Counted from the stretch's first letter, positions 30,501-38,986 are shown. The stretch: DNA of 64,000 nt from Methylocella sp. (GCA_035687205.1 DASRYK010000074.1:728-64727); one strand, 5' to 3'. Made by a program: numbers and translations. The notes: generated by a model from the letters alone, not told the origin.

Positions 30501-30576
30501 CGTCAATGATATTTTGAGCGCTATCTTTCGCGATTCCAAAACATTGCGAAGCCAAGGCCTTGCAGGAAACCCATGA
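27514..30576 (+). CDS. P2A-type cation-transporting P-type ATPase with N-terminal HMA2-like domain
   Basis: KGRIRFR...ASALTGSVLVEF N-domain, WHALS...GL..EAQRR...GRN, ESALTGEA, ALPEGLP, DKTGTLT, TGD, GDGINDGPAL. Confidence 0.92.
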   Translation: MIDPENPGAVPNKAPQQPNGRLRPGRGAKIVHDAVKGRIRFRHRELTGRPGLALAVMESLRRCHDVKSVRASALTGSVLVEFGSAVTASQLAQAIDAIVNGHSASLALQLSLERSLSAAGASGSQAAGQAWHALSAAEASKQLGACLESGLAPEEAQRRIALYGRNEMQRLEARPLLAIFTEQTTSLPMILLAVSAGLSIATGAFGDAVVIVAAMLLNSMIATATERQAERTIVGLSNTALQPVPVLRGGRRRLIDPADLSPGDLVLLERGALVPADARLVKAADLTVNESALTGEALPVQKDAGLVLPADTPLPDRKNIVFRGTAVTGGSAAALVFATGRATEIGKLQQLLGMVRPPETPMQRQLDEVERELVAVNSVICACVFGIGLLHGNGLIATIRSAIALAVAALPEGLPAVATTALAIGVQQMRRRHVLVRKIGALETLGSIQVIGLDKTGTLTENQMAAVAVHAGSRYLVLRENRFVCEGNDPGEMIAGIVRRLFEVTALCSEAAIRLLPEGPEIEGTPTESALVSAALALGIDVAALRASAPIVKMAVRAEGRKRMSTLHETAGGGRKLCVKGDPVEVLSLCTHLLMPDGLAALDEASRAAILKANDRMAGQALRVLGVAAAEGERDPANESGLVWLGLVGLANPIRPSVVPALARLQRAGIRTVMITGDQSATAFAIAKDLRLNADGELVVLEAGRIAGLKPEVLAALVARPHVFARVSPVEKLNIVKALQAQGLIVAMTGDGINDGPALRAANVGIAMGGEGTDVAREAADIVLARDDLEGIIEAIRLGRSTYANMRKVLRYLTSTNTAETLIMLAAAVVNRGEPLTPMQLLWANIVGEVAPALALALEPPEPRVLDQPPHDPRAPILTSADFHKIVREGVVIGTMALGGYFLSLGAGERGAKSVAFHSLALSHFLQAISCRSETRGFTAEFCRPSSTKLYGGLAVSALLQAMAQFVPPLRRVLNLAPLASKELAAIAGSALGGAAVNDILSAIFRDSKTLRSQGLAGNP

Positions 30577-31754
30577 CACCGGATATGGTCTTCACCTCCG
30601 AGTCGGCCACACCCGGTCATCCGGACAAGCTCTGCGACCAGATCAGCGATGCTGCCATTGATGCTTTTCTGCGCCAGGATCCCGCGGCCCGCGCTGTAGT
30701 TGAATGCGCGGTTGCGACGGGCGTCGTCTTCCTCGCTGCCCGTTTTGCCGCTGAGGCGGCTGTGGATCTGCCTTCGCTGGCGCGCAAGGTGATCGCGGAT
30801 GCCGGCTATCTCAACGGCCATTTCGACGCGCGCAGCTGTGCCATTCTGACGAGCTTTTCCGAGCTTCCGATGAACATGCGTGAGCCGCCGCTTGTCTCCC
30901 TCGATGAGGAGGCGGCCGAACGCTGCGTCGCGCATGACCAGGCCAATGTGTTCGGCTTTGCCTGCCGGGAAACGCCGGAGCTTATGCCGCTGCCGATCAG
31001 CCTCGCTCACCGCCTGGCACGCGCCATCGACCGTGCCCGGCAGTCTTACGCCCCCTGGCTCTCGCCGGACGGCAAGACTCAGGTCTCTGTCGAATACCGG
31101 AACTGGCGCCCGCAGCGCATCAGCGCAATCTCCGTGACGGCAGCTTTCAACGCGGGCACGCCGCCGGGAAAGGCAGACGAATGCCTGCGCGCTCTCGCAC
31201 TGGATTGTTTTGCAGGCGGGGATTTGAAGCCTGACTCGAAGACAGAAATCCACATCAATGCGGCGGGTGTCTACGAAAGCGAGGTTGGCGGCCCCACGCG
31301 GCATGCAGGACTGACCGGCCGGAAGAATGGAATCGACACCTATGGCGAGTTCGCCCGGCAGAGCGGCGCGGCTCTCTCAGGAAAGGATCCCTCGCGGATC
31401 GACCGGATTGGCGCCTATGCTGCCCGCCATGCCGCAAAGAATGTCGTTGCCGCAGGGCTTGCTGAGCGCTGCGAGGTGCACCTCTCCTATGCGATCGGGC
31501 GCGCACGCCCCTTGAGTCTCGCAGTCGAAACATTCGGCAGCGGCAAAGTGCCGGATCGCGAAATTGCAGAGCGCCTCGGGCGGAGCCTCGATTTCCGCCC
31601 TGCCGCCATCTCGCACCGCTTCGGGCTGCGCACGGCGCCCGGGCGCTTGGGCGCTGAAGGCTTTTATCAGCCGCTCGCCGTGTTTGGCCATTTCGGGCGC
31701 ACCGACCGGAACTTGCCCTGGGAGGCAGCCGATGCCGTGGAAGCTCTCTCCTGA
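30573..31754 (+). CDS. Methionine adenosyltransferase-like protein (atypical MetK paralog)
   Basis: FTSES..GHPDK, DGKTQV, GLTGRK..DTYG, SGKD, AAKNVVAAGLA, GHFGR are present, but the Met-binding residues are substituted. ATGA overlap with the ATPase. Confidence 0.88.
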   Translation: MTPDMVFTSESATPGHPDKLCDQISDAAIDAFLRQDPAARAVVECAVATGVVFLAARFAAEAAVDLPSLARKVIADAGYLNGHFDARSCAILTSFSELPMNMREPPLVSLDEEAAERCVAHDQANVFGFACRETPELMPLPISLAHRLARAIDRARQSYAPWLSPDGKTQVSVEYRNWRPQRISAISVTAAFNAGTPPGKADECLRALALDCFAGGDLKPDSKTEIHINAAGVYESEVGGPTRHAGLTGRKNGIDTYGEFARQSGAALSGKDPSRIDRIGAYAARHAAKNVVAAGLAERCEVHLSYAIGRARPLSLAVETFGSGKVPDREIAERLGRSLDFRPAAISHRFGLRTAPGRLGAEGFYQPLAVFGHFGRTDRNLPWEAADAVEALS

Positions 31755-31827
31755 ACTTCCGGGATTGCGATTACACCCATTGAGATCCCCTCGCCAGGAA
31801 GCGCAGCTCAGCACCGAGCGAGATGCG

Positions 31828-32865
31828 GTGACGCCGTCTCATCAGGATGGGACCCCGGCCGAGGAGCCTCCGCGGTTCCGGCAAAGGCCGCCTTGGCTTG
31901 GCGGCGATCTCCAAACCCTGCGCAATGCCCTGCTTCCGGCTCCCCAGGAGCTGCCCGGCGGCGAGCGCCTGCTGCTGCCGCTTGCCGATGGCGAGAAGCT
32001 TGCCGCGCGGCTCGACATTCCGGCAGAGCGCAAGGCAGGACCGCTCCTTGTGCTGGTGCATGGCCTTGCTGGCTCGGAGGCAAGCGCCAATGTCGTGGCG
32101 AGCACCCGGTATTTCTTGCGTCAAGGCTGGGCCGTCCTGCGCCTCAACCTGCGGGGGTCGCTTCCCTCGCTTCCTTCGGCTCCTGGGCATTACCACGCCG
32201 GTAAGACAGAGGACCTCGCGGACGCTCTGCGCGGGCTGCCGGATGCTCTGACGCGGCATGAGATCGTTCTCATCGGTTATTCACTCGGCGGCAATCTCGT
32301 TCTGAAATTTATAGGCGAAGGCGGGCACGGCCTGCCCATTCTGGCTGTTGTTGCAGTCTCGGCCCCGATCGACCTTGCCGCAACCTGCGCCTGCATGATG
32401 ACCCCGCGCAATTTTCTCTATCACCGCTATATGCTTCAGGCGATGAAGCGCGAGGCGCTGGCAGAAGGCGCCAGCGTGAGCAGCGCCGAGCGGGCGGCCA
32501 TCGCTGCCGCGCGGAATGTCTTTGAATTCGATGACCTCTTTATCGCGCCGCGCTTTGGCTACAATGGCGCCCTGGACTATTACGATAGCAATGCTGCCAA
32601 ACATTTTCTCGCCGGCATCGACCGGCCAACGCTCATTCTTCATGCGCTTGACGATCCCTGGATCCCTGGCACCTGTTACACCGCGATCGATTGGCCCCGG
32701 ATGCCCATGATCGAGGCAGTGCTCACGCCTCGCGGCGGGCATCTCGGCTTCCATGGCCAAGGCAGCCGCATCCCCTGGCACGACCGGATGACTGCATGGT
32801 GGCTTGCCAGAACGTTCCTTTCCGCCAAGAGTGGCGGGCGCCCAAACCTGTCTTTGTCAGGCTAA
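31828..32865 (+). CDS. YheT-family alpha/beta hydrolase
   Basis: WLGGDLQT, HGLAGS, GYSLGG nucleophile elbow, DDPWI, GGHLGF. Start GTG 31828 is approximate. Confidence 0.88.
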   Translation: MTPSHQDGTPAEEPPRFRQRPPWLGGDLQTLRNALLPAPQELPGGERLLLPLADGEKLAARLDIPAERKAGPLLVLVHGLAGSEASANVVASTRYFLRQGWAVLRLNLRGSLPSLPSAPGHYHAGKTEDLADALRGLPDALTRHEIVLIGYSLGGNLVLKFIGEGGHGLPILAVVAVSAPIDLAATCACMMTPRNFLYHRYMLQAMKREALAEGASVSSAERAAIAAARNVFEFDDLFIAPRFGYNGALDYYDSNAAKHFLAGIDRPTLILHALDDPWIPGTCYTAIDWPRMPMIEAVLTPRGGHLGFHGQGSRIPWHDRMTAWWLARTFLSAKSGGRPNLSLSG

Positions 32866-32907
32866 TCGGCTTTTTCTTTCCCTGAAAAAGCTCGTCAGCC
32901 GGGCTTC

Positions 32908-33909
32908 TTACATATCGAGGACGATCCGGTACCGTGCTTTTCCGGCCTTCAAATGTGCAATCGCTTCGTTGACGCGATCAAGGGGGAAATGCTCGGTTTG
33001 CGGGAGGATTTTGTGGCGGGCCGCAAATTCGAGCATGTCGGCGATATCGACGGGCGACCCGGTTGGCGATCCGGATATGCTGCGCCCAGCCATGATGAGG
33101 TCGAAGACGTTGACCGGCACCGGCTCCAAAACCGCGCCAAGAAAATGCAGCCGCCCTTTCGGCCGCAATGCCGCGAGCATGGCCGCCCAATTCAAGGGGA
33201 CATTGACCGTCACGAGCAGCAGATCGAGCGACTTTGCGATCTTGCGCAATGCCGCGTCGTCACGCGAGTTGACGACGTGATGCGCGCCAAAAGCGCGGGC
33301 TTCATCTGCCTTGGCATCCGTTGAAGTGAAAGCGGTGACCTCGCAACCCCAAGCCTTGGCGAATTTCAGCGCCAAATGGCCGAGGCCGCCGATCCCGGCG
33401 ACACCGACCCGGTCCAGGGGTTTTACGCCGTAAATCTTGAGCGGCGCGAAGACCGTGATGCCGCCGCAAAGGAGCGGCCCCGCCTCCTTTCCGTCAAGCC
33501 CTTGAGGTAGAGGGATAACCCAGGGCCATTTGGCACGGACCCGGCTGGCGAATCCTCCATAATGGCCGATAATCGTGGGAACAACGCTTTCGCAGAGATT
33601 CTGCCAGCCGCTGAGGCAGCTGCGGCAATGCATGCAGCTCTCAGCACTCCAGCCAAGGCCCACCCGCTGCCCGGGCTCAAGGTTCTTTGCCATTGATCCA
33701 AGCGCCGCGACGCGCCCAATGACTTCATGGCCCGGAACTACGGGATATGTGGACATTCCCCAGTCGTCGTTGATCACCGAGATATCCGAGTGACAAATGC
33801 CGCAATGCTCGACGGCGATCTCGACTTCCTCCGGGCCTAGCGCCCCAGCGTTGTAGCCGAAAGGCTCAAGCGGTTGGCCCGGCCCTTTGGCAGCCCATGC
33901 ACTAATCAT
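32908..33909 (-). CDS. Zn-dependent NADPH aldehyde reductase / cinnamyl-alcohol dehydrogenase family (Ahr-like)
   Basis: CGICHSD, GHE, CMHCRSC...NLC, LLCGGITV, GIGGLGH, RYRIVL. Confidence 0.93.
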   Translation of the reverse strand: MISAWAAKGPGQPLEPFGYNAGALGPEEVEIAVEHCGICHSDISVINDDWGMSTYPVVPGHEVIGRVAALGSMAKNLEPGQRVGLGWSAESCMHCRSCLSGWQNLCESVVPTIIGHYGGFASRVRAKWPWVIPLPQGLDGKEAGPLLCGGITVFAPLKIYGVKPLDRVGVAGIGGLGHLALKFAKAWGCEVTAFTSTDAKADEARAFGAHHVVNSRDDAALRKIAKSLDLLLVTVNVPLNWAAMLAALRPKGRLHFLGAVLEPVPVNVFDLIMAGRSISGSPTGSPVDIADMLEFAARHKILPQTEHFPLDRVNEAIAHLKAGKARYRIVLDM

Positions 33910-34155
33910 CGCCGCTTTCCATTTCTAACGCTAGGAACCCAGCAATCACCCTTTGCGGCATCTCCCAGCAGTGCTGGCCAAGCGCCCGGTATCTGAACAC
34001 GCCCACGGCCGCCCGGCCAACTGTTTCTCTCAAATCAAACTCTTGTGAAACGGCTTTCGTCTCACGCTAATCTTGCGATTGCTTCCAAGCGAGCAGGGGA
34101 GACATTCCGCGCCAGCACCATCCAGTAATTAATTCGGGCTTATAGCCCAGCAGCC

Positions 34156-34389
34156 TTAAACCCGGCGCGCCAAAGAACCCAACAATCCCTGATATTCGTC
34201 GTTTAGCTCCATATCCACGGCGGGAGCCGCCTTCAGGAGCAAATTTGCGATGAAGGGCTGATCGTTCTTTGTGTCTTCGAGCGCCTCGCGCAAAACGGGC
34301 AAATTGTCTTCGATGTGATTGAAAAATGCTACCCCTTTCTCAAGGGTTTCTGTCCGGCGCTCGCGTGTCCACTTCGCCAACGGATACAT
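34156..34389 (-). CDS. Small hypothetical protein or fragment of a longer gene
   Basis: Protein-like helical composition. The frame stays open upstream to the stop at 34531-34533 with no start codon. No family recognised. Confidence 0.35.
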   Translation of the reverse strand: MYPLAKWTRERRTETLEKGVAFFNHIEDNLPVLREALEDTKNDQPFIANLLLKAAPAVDMELNDEYQGLLGSLARRV

Positions 34390-34541
34390 AATTTCATGGA
34401 TGAAATTGGATTGCCGCGCCTTCTCGAAAAAGCGCAGGGCCGTATTCCAATTTTCCCTTGCGCGCAGCGGCGGCGGGGGAATGTCGTCTGGCAGCAGCTT
34501 CCTGCCAGCTTGACCAACGAAGCCGAGCTGTCAATTTGCGC

Positions 34542-34982
34542 TCAGAGCGTCGCGCAGAAGGACTGTCGTGTGCCCGCCCTGCGCCCGCAGCCATGCACGA
34601 TCAGATGGCGGCGCTAAAAGCCATTGGCAATGACCGGCGTGCCGGGGCTCGCGGCGCGCACCGCAGGCAGCAGCGAAAGTTCCGCCATCTGCAGCGAGGC
34701 ATCGTAATGCTCGGATTCGAGCCCGAAGCTGCCCGCCATGCCGCAGCAGCTCGACGCGATGATGCCGTAGGTGAAACCGGGAATTCATTTCAGCGCTTTG
34801 CGCGTCGCCTTCATCACGCCAAACGCTCTTTGATGGCACTGCCCGTGCGGAAGCCCCCTTGGCAGATTGAGCGGCTTCAGATTCAAGCGCAAAGCCTTGC
34901 TGGGATGCTTGCGCGCCCTAAATTCCTCGAACAAGAATAGCTGCTTGCCAAGCTCTTTCACATCCGGCCCGAGACCCAGGCT
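34542..34982 (-). pseudogene. C-terminal CCG domain remnant of a FAD/Fe-S oxidoreductase (YdiJ/GlcF-like)
   Basis: Manual translation gives LFLFEEF...HGQCHQRA...ALK*IPG...SSCCGMAGSFGLESEHY..S..MAELSLLPAVRAA...ANGF*RRH. Stops at 34785-87 and 34614-16; 5' part missing. Confidence 0.85.
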
Positions 34983-34991
34983 GTGCTTTAG

Positions 34992-35159
34992 AGCTCGTCA
35001 CGCTATGTCGTGCTATTCCCGGACATCCCAGGCTGCCTCGGTGTTGGCGATACGCCGGATGAAGCAATCGAGGAGGGCAAACAGGCGCTCTTTGCCTGCC
35101 TCGATGCCCTAAAGGCCGTCGATCGAAAGCCGCCTCTGCCCGCCGCGCCGGCCGGATGA
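34992..35159 (+). pseudogene. HicB-family antitoxin N-terminal fragment
   Basis: RYVVLFPDIPGCLGVGDTPDEAIEEGKQAL HicB signature. Stop at 34989 immediately upstream, no ATG, no hicA. Confidence 0.75.
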
Positions 35160-35243
35160 TGCCAGAGGCCCCCGGTGAGTGAAATCACCTGCCCTTCTGC
35201 CGCTTGCTGCTGCCACTCTGATGGAGGTTCGGGAAAATCCTGC

Positions 35244-35747
35244 CTATATTTCCCGGCTGCTTTCCTGGCCGCTTAAAGCGGCAGAAAAACGATAAAGGAT
35301 GGTTTCTGAACGGATAAATCCATGATGCTTGCAAAATGCAGCGGCGTTTTTGTCTTTTGGCTGAGAAATAAGCGCTAAGGCCTTTGCATCGCTGTTGATA
35401 ACCCGCAAAGCCGTATTGGCAATCAACGAACTTCCCACCCCCTTGCGAGAATAGCCCAGGTCGGCTGCAAGCTTTCTGAGGCTCGCCGCTGGCAAAACCG
35501 GATAACACGCGAGAGAATTGAGAACGTCCGGCAGCAAATTTTTGGCCAGAATGCTGGCCTCCGAAAAGAAATCATAACCAGCAATCTTCCTTGCCCTCAA
35601 CTCCACAGCGACAAAGCAGCTTTCCAGCAGCCGCTTGACATTCTGAGTGGCTTTTTCCCGGAAAAACCGGTCAAGCGCTGCCATTCCGCAAGAAAAGGCC
35701 GGGCGGTCATGATCACCAAGCGGCTCAATGACGAATTCGCCTTTCAC
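35244..35747 (-). CDS. GNAT-family toxin (AtaT/TacT-like), degenerate
   Basis: IEPLGDHDRPAFSCG..LDRF, LAAD..YSRKGVG, AAAFCKHHGF. GTG start overlaps the antitoxin's original TGA. Confidence 0.75.
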   Translation of the reverse strand: MKGEFVIEPLGDHDRPAFSCGMAALDRFFREKATQNVKRLLESCFVAVELRARKIAGYDFFSEASILAKNLLPDVLNSLACYPVLPAASLRKLAADLGYSRKGVGSSLIANTALRVINSDAKALALISQPKDKNAAAFCKHHGFIRSETILYRFSAALSGQESSREI

Positions 35748-36041
35748 CGTGGCTTTGTGATCCGTTGCTGGTATCGGCGAAAGGCCCGGCGAAGCGCTCA
35801 AACCGGTTCAGGGGTATGAGGAATTGCTTTGGCGAGGGCGCGCTGATCCTCGGCCGAGTGGCGGATGATTTGTGCTTCTTCGATCGCCCGTGCGGCTGCA
35901 TCTTGCGCAGCAGCAAAGGCGAAATCACTGACGCTGCGCCCTTCAATCCCGGAGGCTCGCTTGATGATGGCGGACGATTGAGGCACGATGCGCCTCGATC
36001 CAGGCCGTCCTGCTCCGCTGACGCCCATACTGCTTACTCAC
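35744..36041 (-). pseudogene. DUF1778 RHH antitoxin (AtaR/TacA-like) pseudogene
   Basis: GTG SKQYGRQRSRTAWIEA, frameshift near 35990, IIKRASGIEGRSVSDF..IEEAQIIR.., premature TGA at 35798-35800, then ALRRAFRRY..* in the same frame. Confidence 0.85.
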
Positions 36042-36087
36042 TTTCTTGCAGCAATCAACTGGGCGCGCAAAAATATCCTGGGAAGTC

Positions 36088-37365
36088 CTATGGCTGGCGA
36101 GGCGGTCCCATGCCGCCCAAATGATCGGCCACTGTGAAAATATCCTTGTCGCCGCGGCCGGAGATGTTCACCACCATCAGGTGATCCGCAGTCTTGCGTT
36201 CGGCAGCCTCAACGGCTTTGGCAAGCGCATGAGCGGGTTCGAGCGCGGGGATGATGCCTTCGAGCCTGGCGCAAAGCTGAAACGCCGCCAGCGCCTCGGC
36301 GTCGGTTGCCGAGAGATAAATGACCCGCCCGGATTCTTTCAGCCACGCGTGCTCCGGTCCAATGCCCGGATAGTCAAGCCCCGCCGAAATCGAATGGCCC
36401 TCTTCGATTTGCCCATCGGCATTCATCAATAAATAGGTCCGGTTGCCATGCAGCACCCCCGGCCGGCCGCCAGCCAGCGAAGCAGCGTGCTGCTTGTCGA
36501 GGCCGTAGCCGGCCGCTTCGACGCCATAGATTTCTACGGAAGAATCATCGAGAAAAGGGTGAAAAAGCCCAATCGCATTGGACCCGCCGCCAATGCAGGC
36601 AAAAAGCGAATCCGGGAGCCTGCCTTCGGCAGCCTGCATCTGGGCTTTGGTCTCCTCTCCGATCACGCATTGGAAATCGCGCACCATTGCCGGATAGGGG
36701 TGCGGCCCTGCCGCCGTGCCGATACAGTAGAAGGTGTTCTCGACATTGGTTACCCAGTCGCGCAAGGCCTCGTTCATGGCATCCTTGAGCGTCTTGGCTC
36801 CCGACTCGACCGGCACCACTTTTGCCCCAAGCAAGTTCATGCGGAAGACATTGGGCTTTTGCCGCTCGACATCGACCGAGCCCATATAAATCACGCATTC
36901 AAGGCCAAAGCGCGCGCAGGCAGTCGCCGTCGCCACGCCATGCTGGCCCGCGCCAGTTTCGGCAATGATTCGCGTCTTGCCCATCCGCCGGGCGAGAAGA
37001 ATCTGGCCCAAAACATTGTTGATCTTATGCGCGCCGGTATGATTCAGCTCCTCGCGCTTGAAGTAGATTTTTGCTCCCCCGTGCCGGCCCGCTGCCGCAG
37101 CGCGCTCGCGCACATAAGCGGTCATGCGCGCGGCGTAATAAAGCGGGCTGGGGCGCCCGGCATAATGCGCAAGGAGGTGATTGAGCTCTTGCCGGAATGC
37201 CGGGTCGGTCTTGGCGGCATTGTAATGTTTCTCAAGGTCAAGAATGAGCGGCATCAAGGTTTCGGCTACGAACCGGCCGCCAAAGATGCCGAAATGGCCG
37301 TGTTCATCCGGGCCGGTGCGGTAAGAATTCAAGGCCAAGGTCACGTTTGATGGCTCTCCGCCCAA
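36088..37365 (-). CDS. trpB: Tryptophan synthase beta chain
   Basis: [61 protein letters not shown]. Start may be GTG 37344. Confidence 0.97.
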   Translation of the reverse strand: MGGEPSNVTLALNSYRTGPDEHGHFGIFGGRFVAETLMPLILDLEKHYNAAKTDPAFRQELNHLLAHYAGRPSPLYYAARMTAYVRERAAAAGRHGGAKIYFKREELNHTGAHKINNVLGQILLARRMGKTRIIAETGAGQHGVATATACARFGLECVIYMGSVDVERQKPNVFRMNLLGAKVVPVESGAKTLKDAMNEALRDWVTNVENTFYCIGTAAGPHPYPAMVRDFQCVIGEETKAQMQAAEGRLPDSLFACIGGGSNAIGLFHPFLDDSSVEIYGVEAAGYGLDKQHAASLAGGRPGVLHGNRTYLLMNADGQIEEGHSISAGLDYPGIGPEHAWLKESGRVIYLSATDAEALAAFQLCARLEGIIPALEPAHALAKAVEAAERKTADHLMVVNISGRGDKDIFTVADHLGGMGPPRQP

Positions 37366-37427
37366 GGTTTGGCGCTGTCTTTAGAAACGAGGCTGCGCAT
37401 TCACGTGCCGCTGCCTCTATGCCGCTT

Positions 37428-38102
37428 TTAGCCGTTTGGGGGCGCTGCTCCAAGCCTTGCAGCGGCGGCCCGGGCTTCGGCTATGAAAGCCGCGATCATG
37501 TTTCCGTCCTTGACTCCTGGCGCGCTTTCCACCCCCGACGAGACGTCAACGCCATTCGCCCGGGCCTTAGTGACCGCCTCGGCGACATTGGCGGAATTCA
37601 GGCCGCCCGCCAGCAGCCAAGGCTTCTTGAGCGGAGCCTCTGCGAGCAGGCTCCAATCGAAGCATTGCCCATTTCCTCCTGGCCGTCCGGACTCGGAGGA
37701 CGGCTTGGCATCAAACAGAAGGAGATCAGCCGCGCCTTCGGCGGGAGGGATCATGCCGAGGTCGGCCGCCGTCTCAAGCCCAATCGCCTTCATGACCGGA
37801 AGGCCGAAACGATACCGGACAGCAGCAATCCGTTCCGGCGTTTCGCTGCCGTGAAGCTGAAGAAGGGAAGGCTTCAGCGCGGCAATTGCTGCGGCAAGCT
37901 GCTCATCGGTTGCGTCAGCCGTGAGAAGAACTTTGCAAGCCTTCGTCCCCGCACGCTCGCCAAGCGCAGCGGCTCTTTCGAGAGAAACATGCCGGGGGCT
38001 CTTTTCGAAAAAGACAAAGCCCACCATATCCGCCCCGCATGCGAGCGCCGCATCGAGACCTTCCTCCGTCCGCAGGCCGCAAATTTTTATAATAAAGCTC
38101 AT
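37428..38102 (-). CDS. trpF: Phosphoribosylanthranilate isomerase
   Basis: IKICGL, GFVFFEKSPR, QLHGSE, LLAGGL, VDVSSGVESAPGVKD. Confidence 0.95.
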   Translation of the reverse strand: MSFIIKICGLRTEEGLDAALACGADMVGFVFFEKSPRHVSLERAAALGERAGTKACKVLLTADATDEQLAAAIAALKPSLLQLHGSETPERIAAVRYRFGLPVMKAIGLETAADLGMIPPAEGAADLLLFDAKPSSESGRPGGNGQCFDWSLLAEAPLKKPWLLAGGLNSANVAEAVTKARANGVDVSSGVESAPGVKDGNMIAAFIAEARAAAARLGAAPPNG

Positions 38103-38199
38103 CGGCTCCCGCCCGGACAGAGTTTTGGATGGGGCCCGTGCCAAGCCGCCGTCTCCGCCTAATCCAGGAATTCTGGAAAAACTCTTCGCGCTCGCAGGT

Positions 38200-38526
38200 C
38201 TAGGACGCTTTGCGTTTCTCTCCGCTCTTCGGCACGGATAACCGGGCAAGATCGGAACGCAAGGAGTCGATTTCGGCTCTAGCGAGGCGCGCGGCCCGGC
38301 GATGCTTTCCTTGCTCGAAATAGGTGGCCACGCTGCCAAAGACAACGCCGATCATGACAGAGACGAAGATGACGGCGTAAAGAGGAACCGAAATCTCCGT
38401 CCCTTCGGGACCGGCCCCCGCAAAAGGGTCAAGGTAAATATGGACCAGATGGCGGTTGGCCTCTGCCACGGCAAGCACCACAACGGCAAGCGGTATCAAT
38501 AAGAGGAGCTTCAACAGTCGCTTCAT
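38200..38526 (-). CDS. lapA: LapA (DUF1049) membrane protein
   Basis: Two TM segments, ANRHLV..LDPF, QGKHRRAAR coiled tail. Conserved position after ihfB. Confidence 0.8.
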   Translation of the reverse strand: MKRLLKLLLLIPLAVVVLAVAEANRHLVHIYLDPFAGAGPEGTEISVPLYAVIFVSVMIGVVFGSVATYFEQGKHRRAARLARAEIDSLRSDLARLSVPKSGEKRKAS

Positions 38527-38686
38527 TTGGAACCGCCCGCCGATTCGTGCTTCTGCGTTGCGTGCTTCTAGAGGATTTCCGGCGAATTGATAAGATCCCT
38601 TTGCATTTCGAGGGAGGAGGGCGGGATGCCAAGCAGCGCTGTGCGGCAAGCAGCGGCCCTCCCCCCTGGGGAGCCACGATCTTGCT

Positions 38687-38986
38687 TTACCCCTGGCCGG
38701 GCGGGGGGGGCTGATTGAGGCGCTCGCGCATCTCCTTGCCAGTCTTGAAGAATGGCACGGTCTTCCCGGCCACCGGAACCTGTGCGCCAGTGCGCGGGTT
38801 CCTGCCGACCCTTGCTTCCCTGTGTTTGACAGAAAACGCCCCAAAGCCGCGCAACTCGACGCGGTCGCCGCGGGCCAGCGCCGCGGTAATCTCATCGAAG
38901 ATGGCATTGACGATCTTCTCGACGTCACGGAGATAAAGGTGCGGGTTGCGGTTGGCAATCCGTTGTACAAGCTCGGATTTGATCAT
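38687..38986 (-). CDS. ihfB: Integration host factor beta
   Basis: [39 protein letters not shown]. Confidence 0.97.
   Translation of the reverse strand: MIKSELVQRIANRNPHLYLRDVEKIVNAIFDEITAALARGDRVELRGFGAFSVKHREARVGRNPRTGAQVPVAGKTVPFFKTGKEMRERLNQPPPPGQG

Noticed and set aside
34081-34150. tRNA/tmRNA-like 3' end (GCCAGCACCA) and a small hairpin
   Set aside because: No TTCGA T-loop or cloverleaf, and no integrase nearby.
34614-34787. Possible selenocysteine or stop read-through in the oxidoreductase remnant
   Set aside because: The TGA is not at a Cys position, a TAG also interrupts the frame, and the 5' part of the gene is missing. Decay explains it better.
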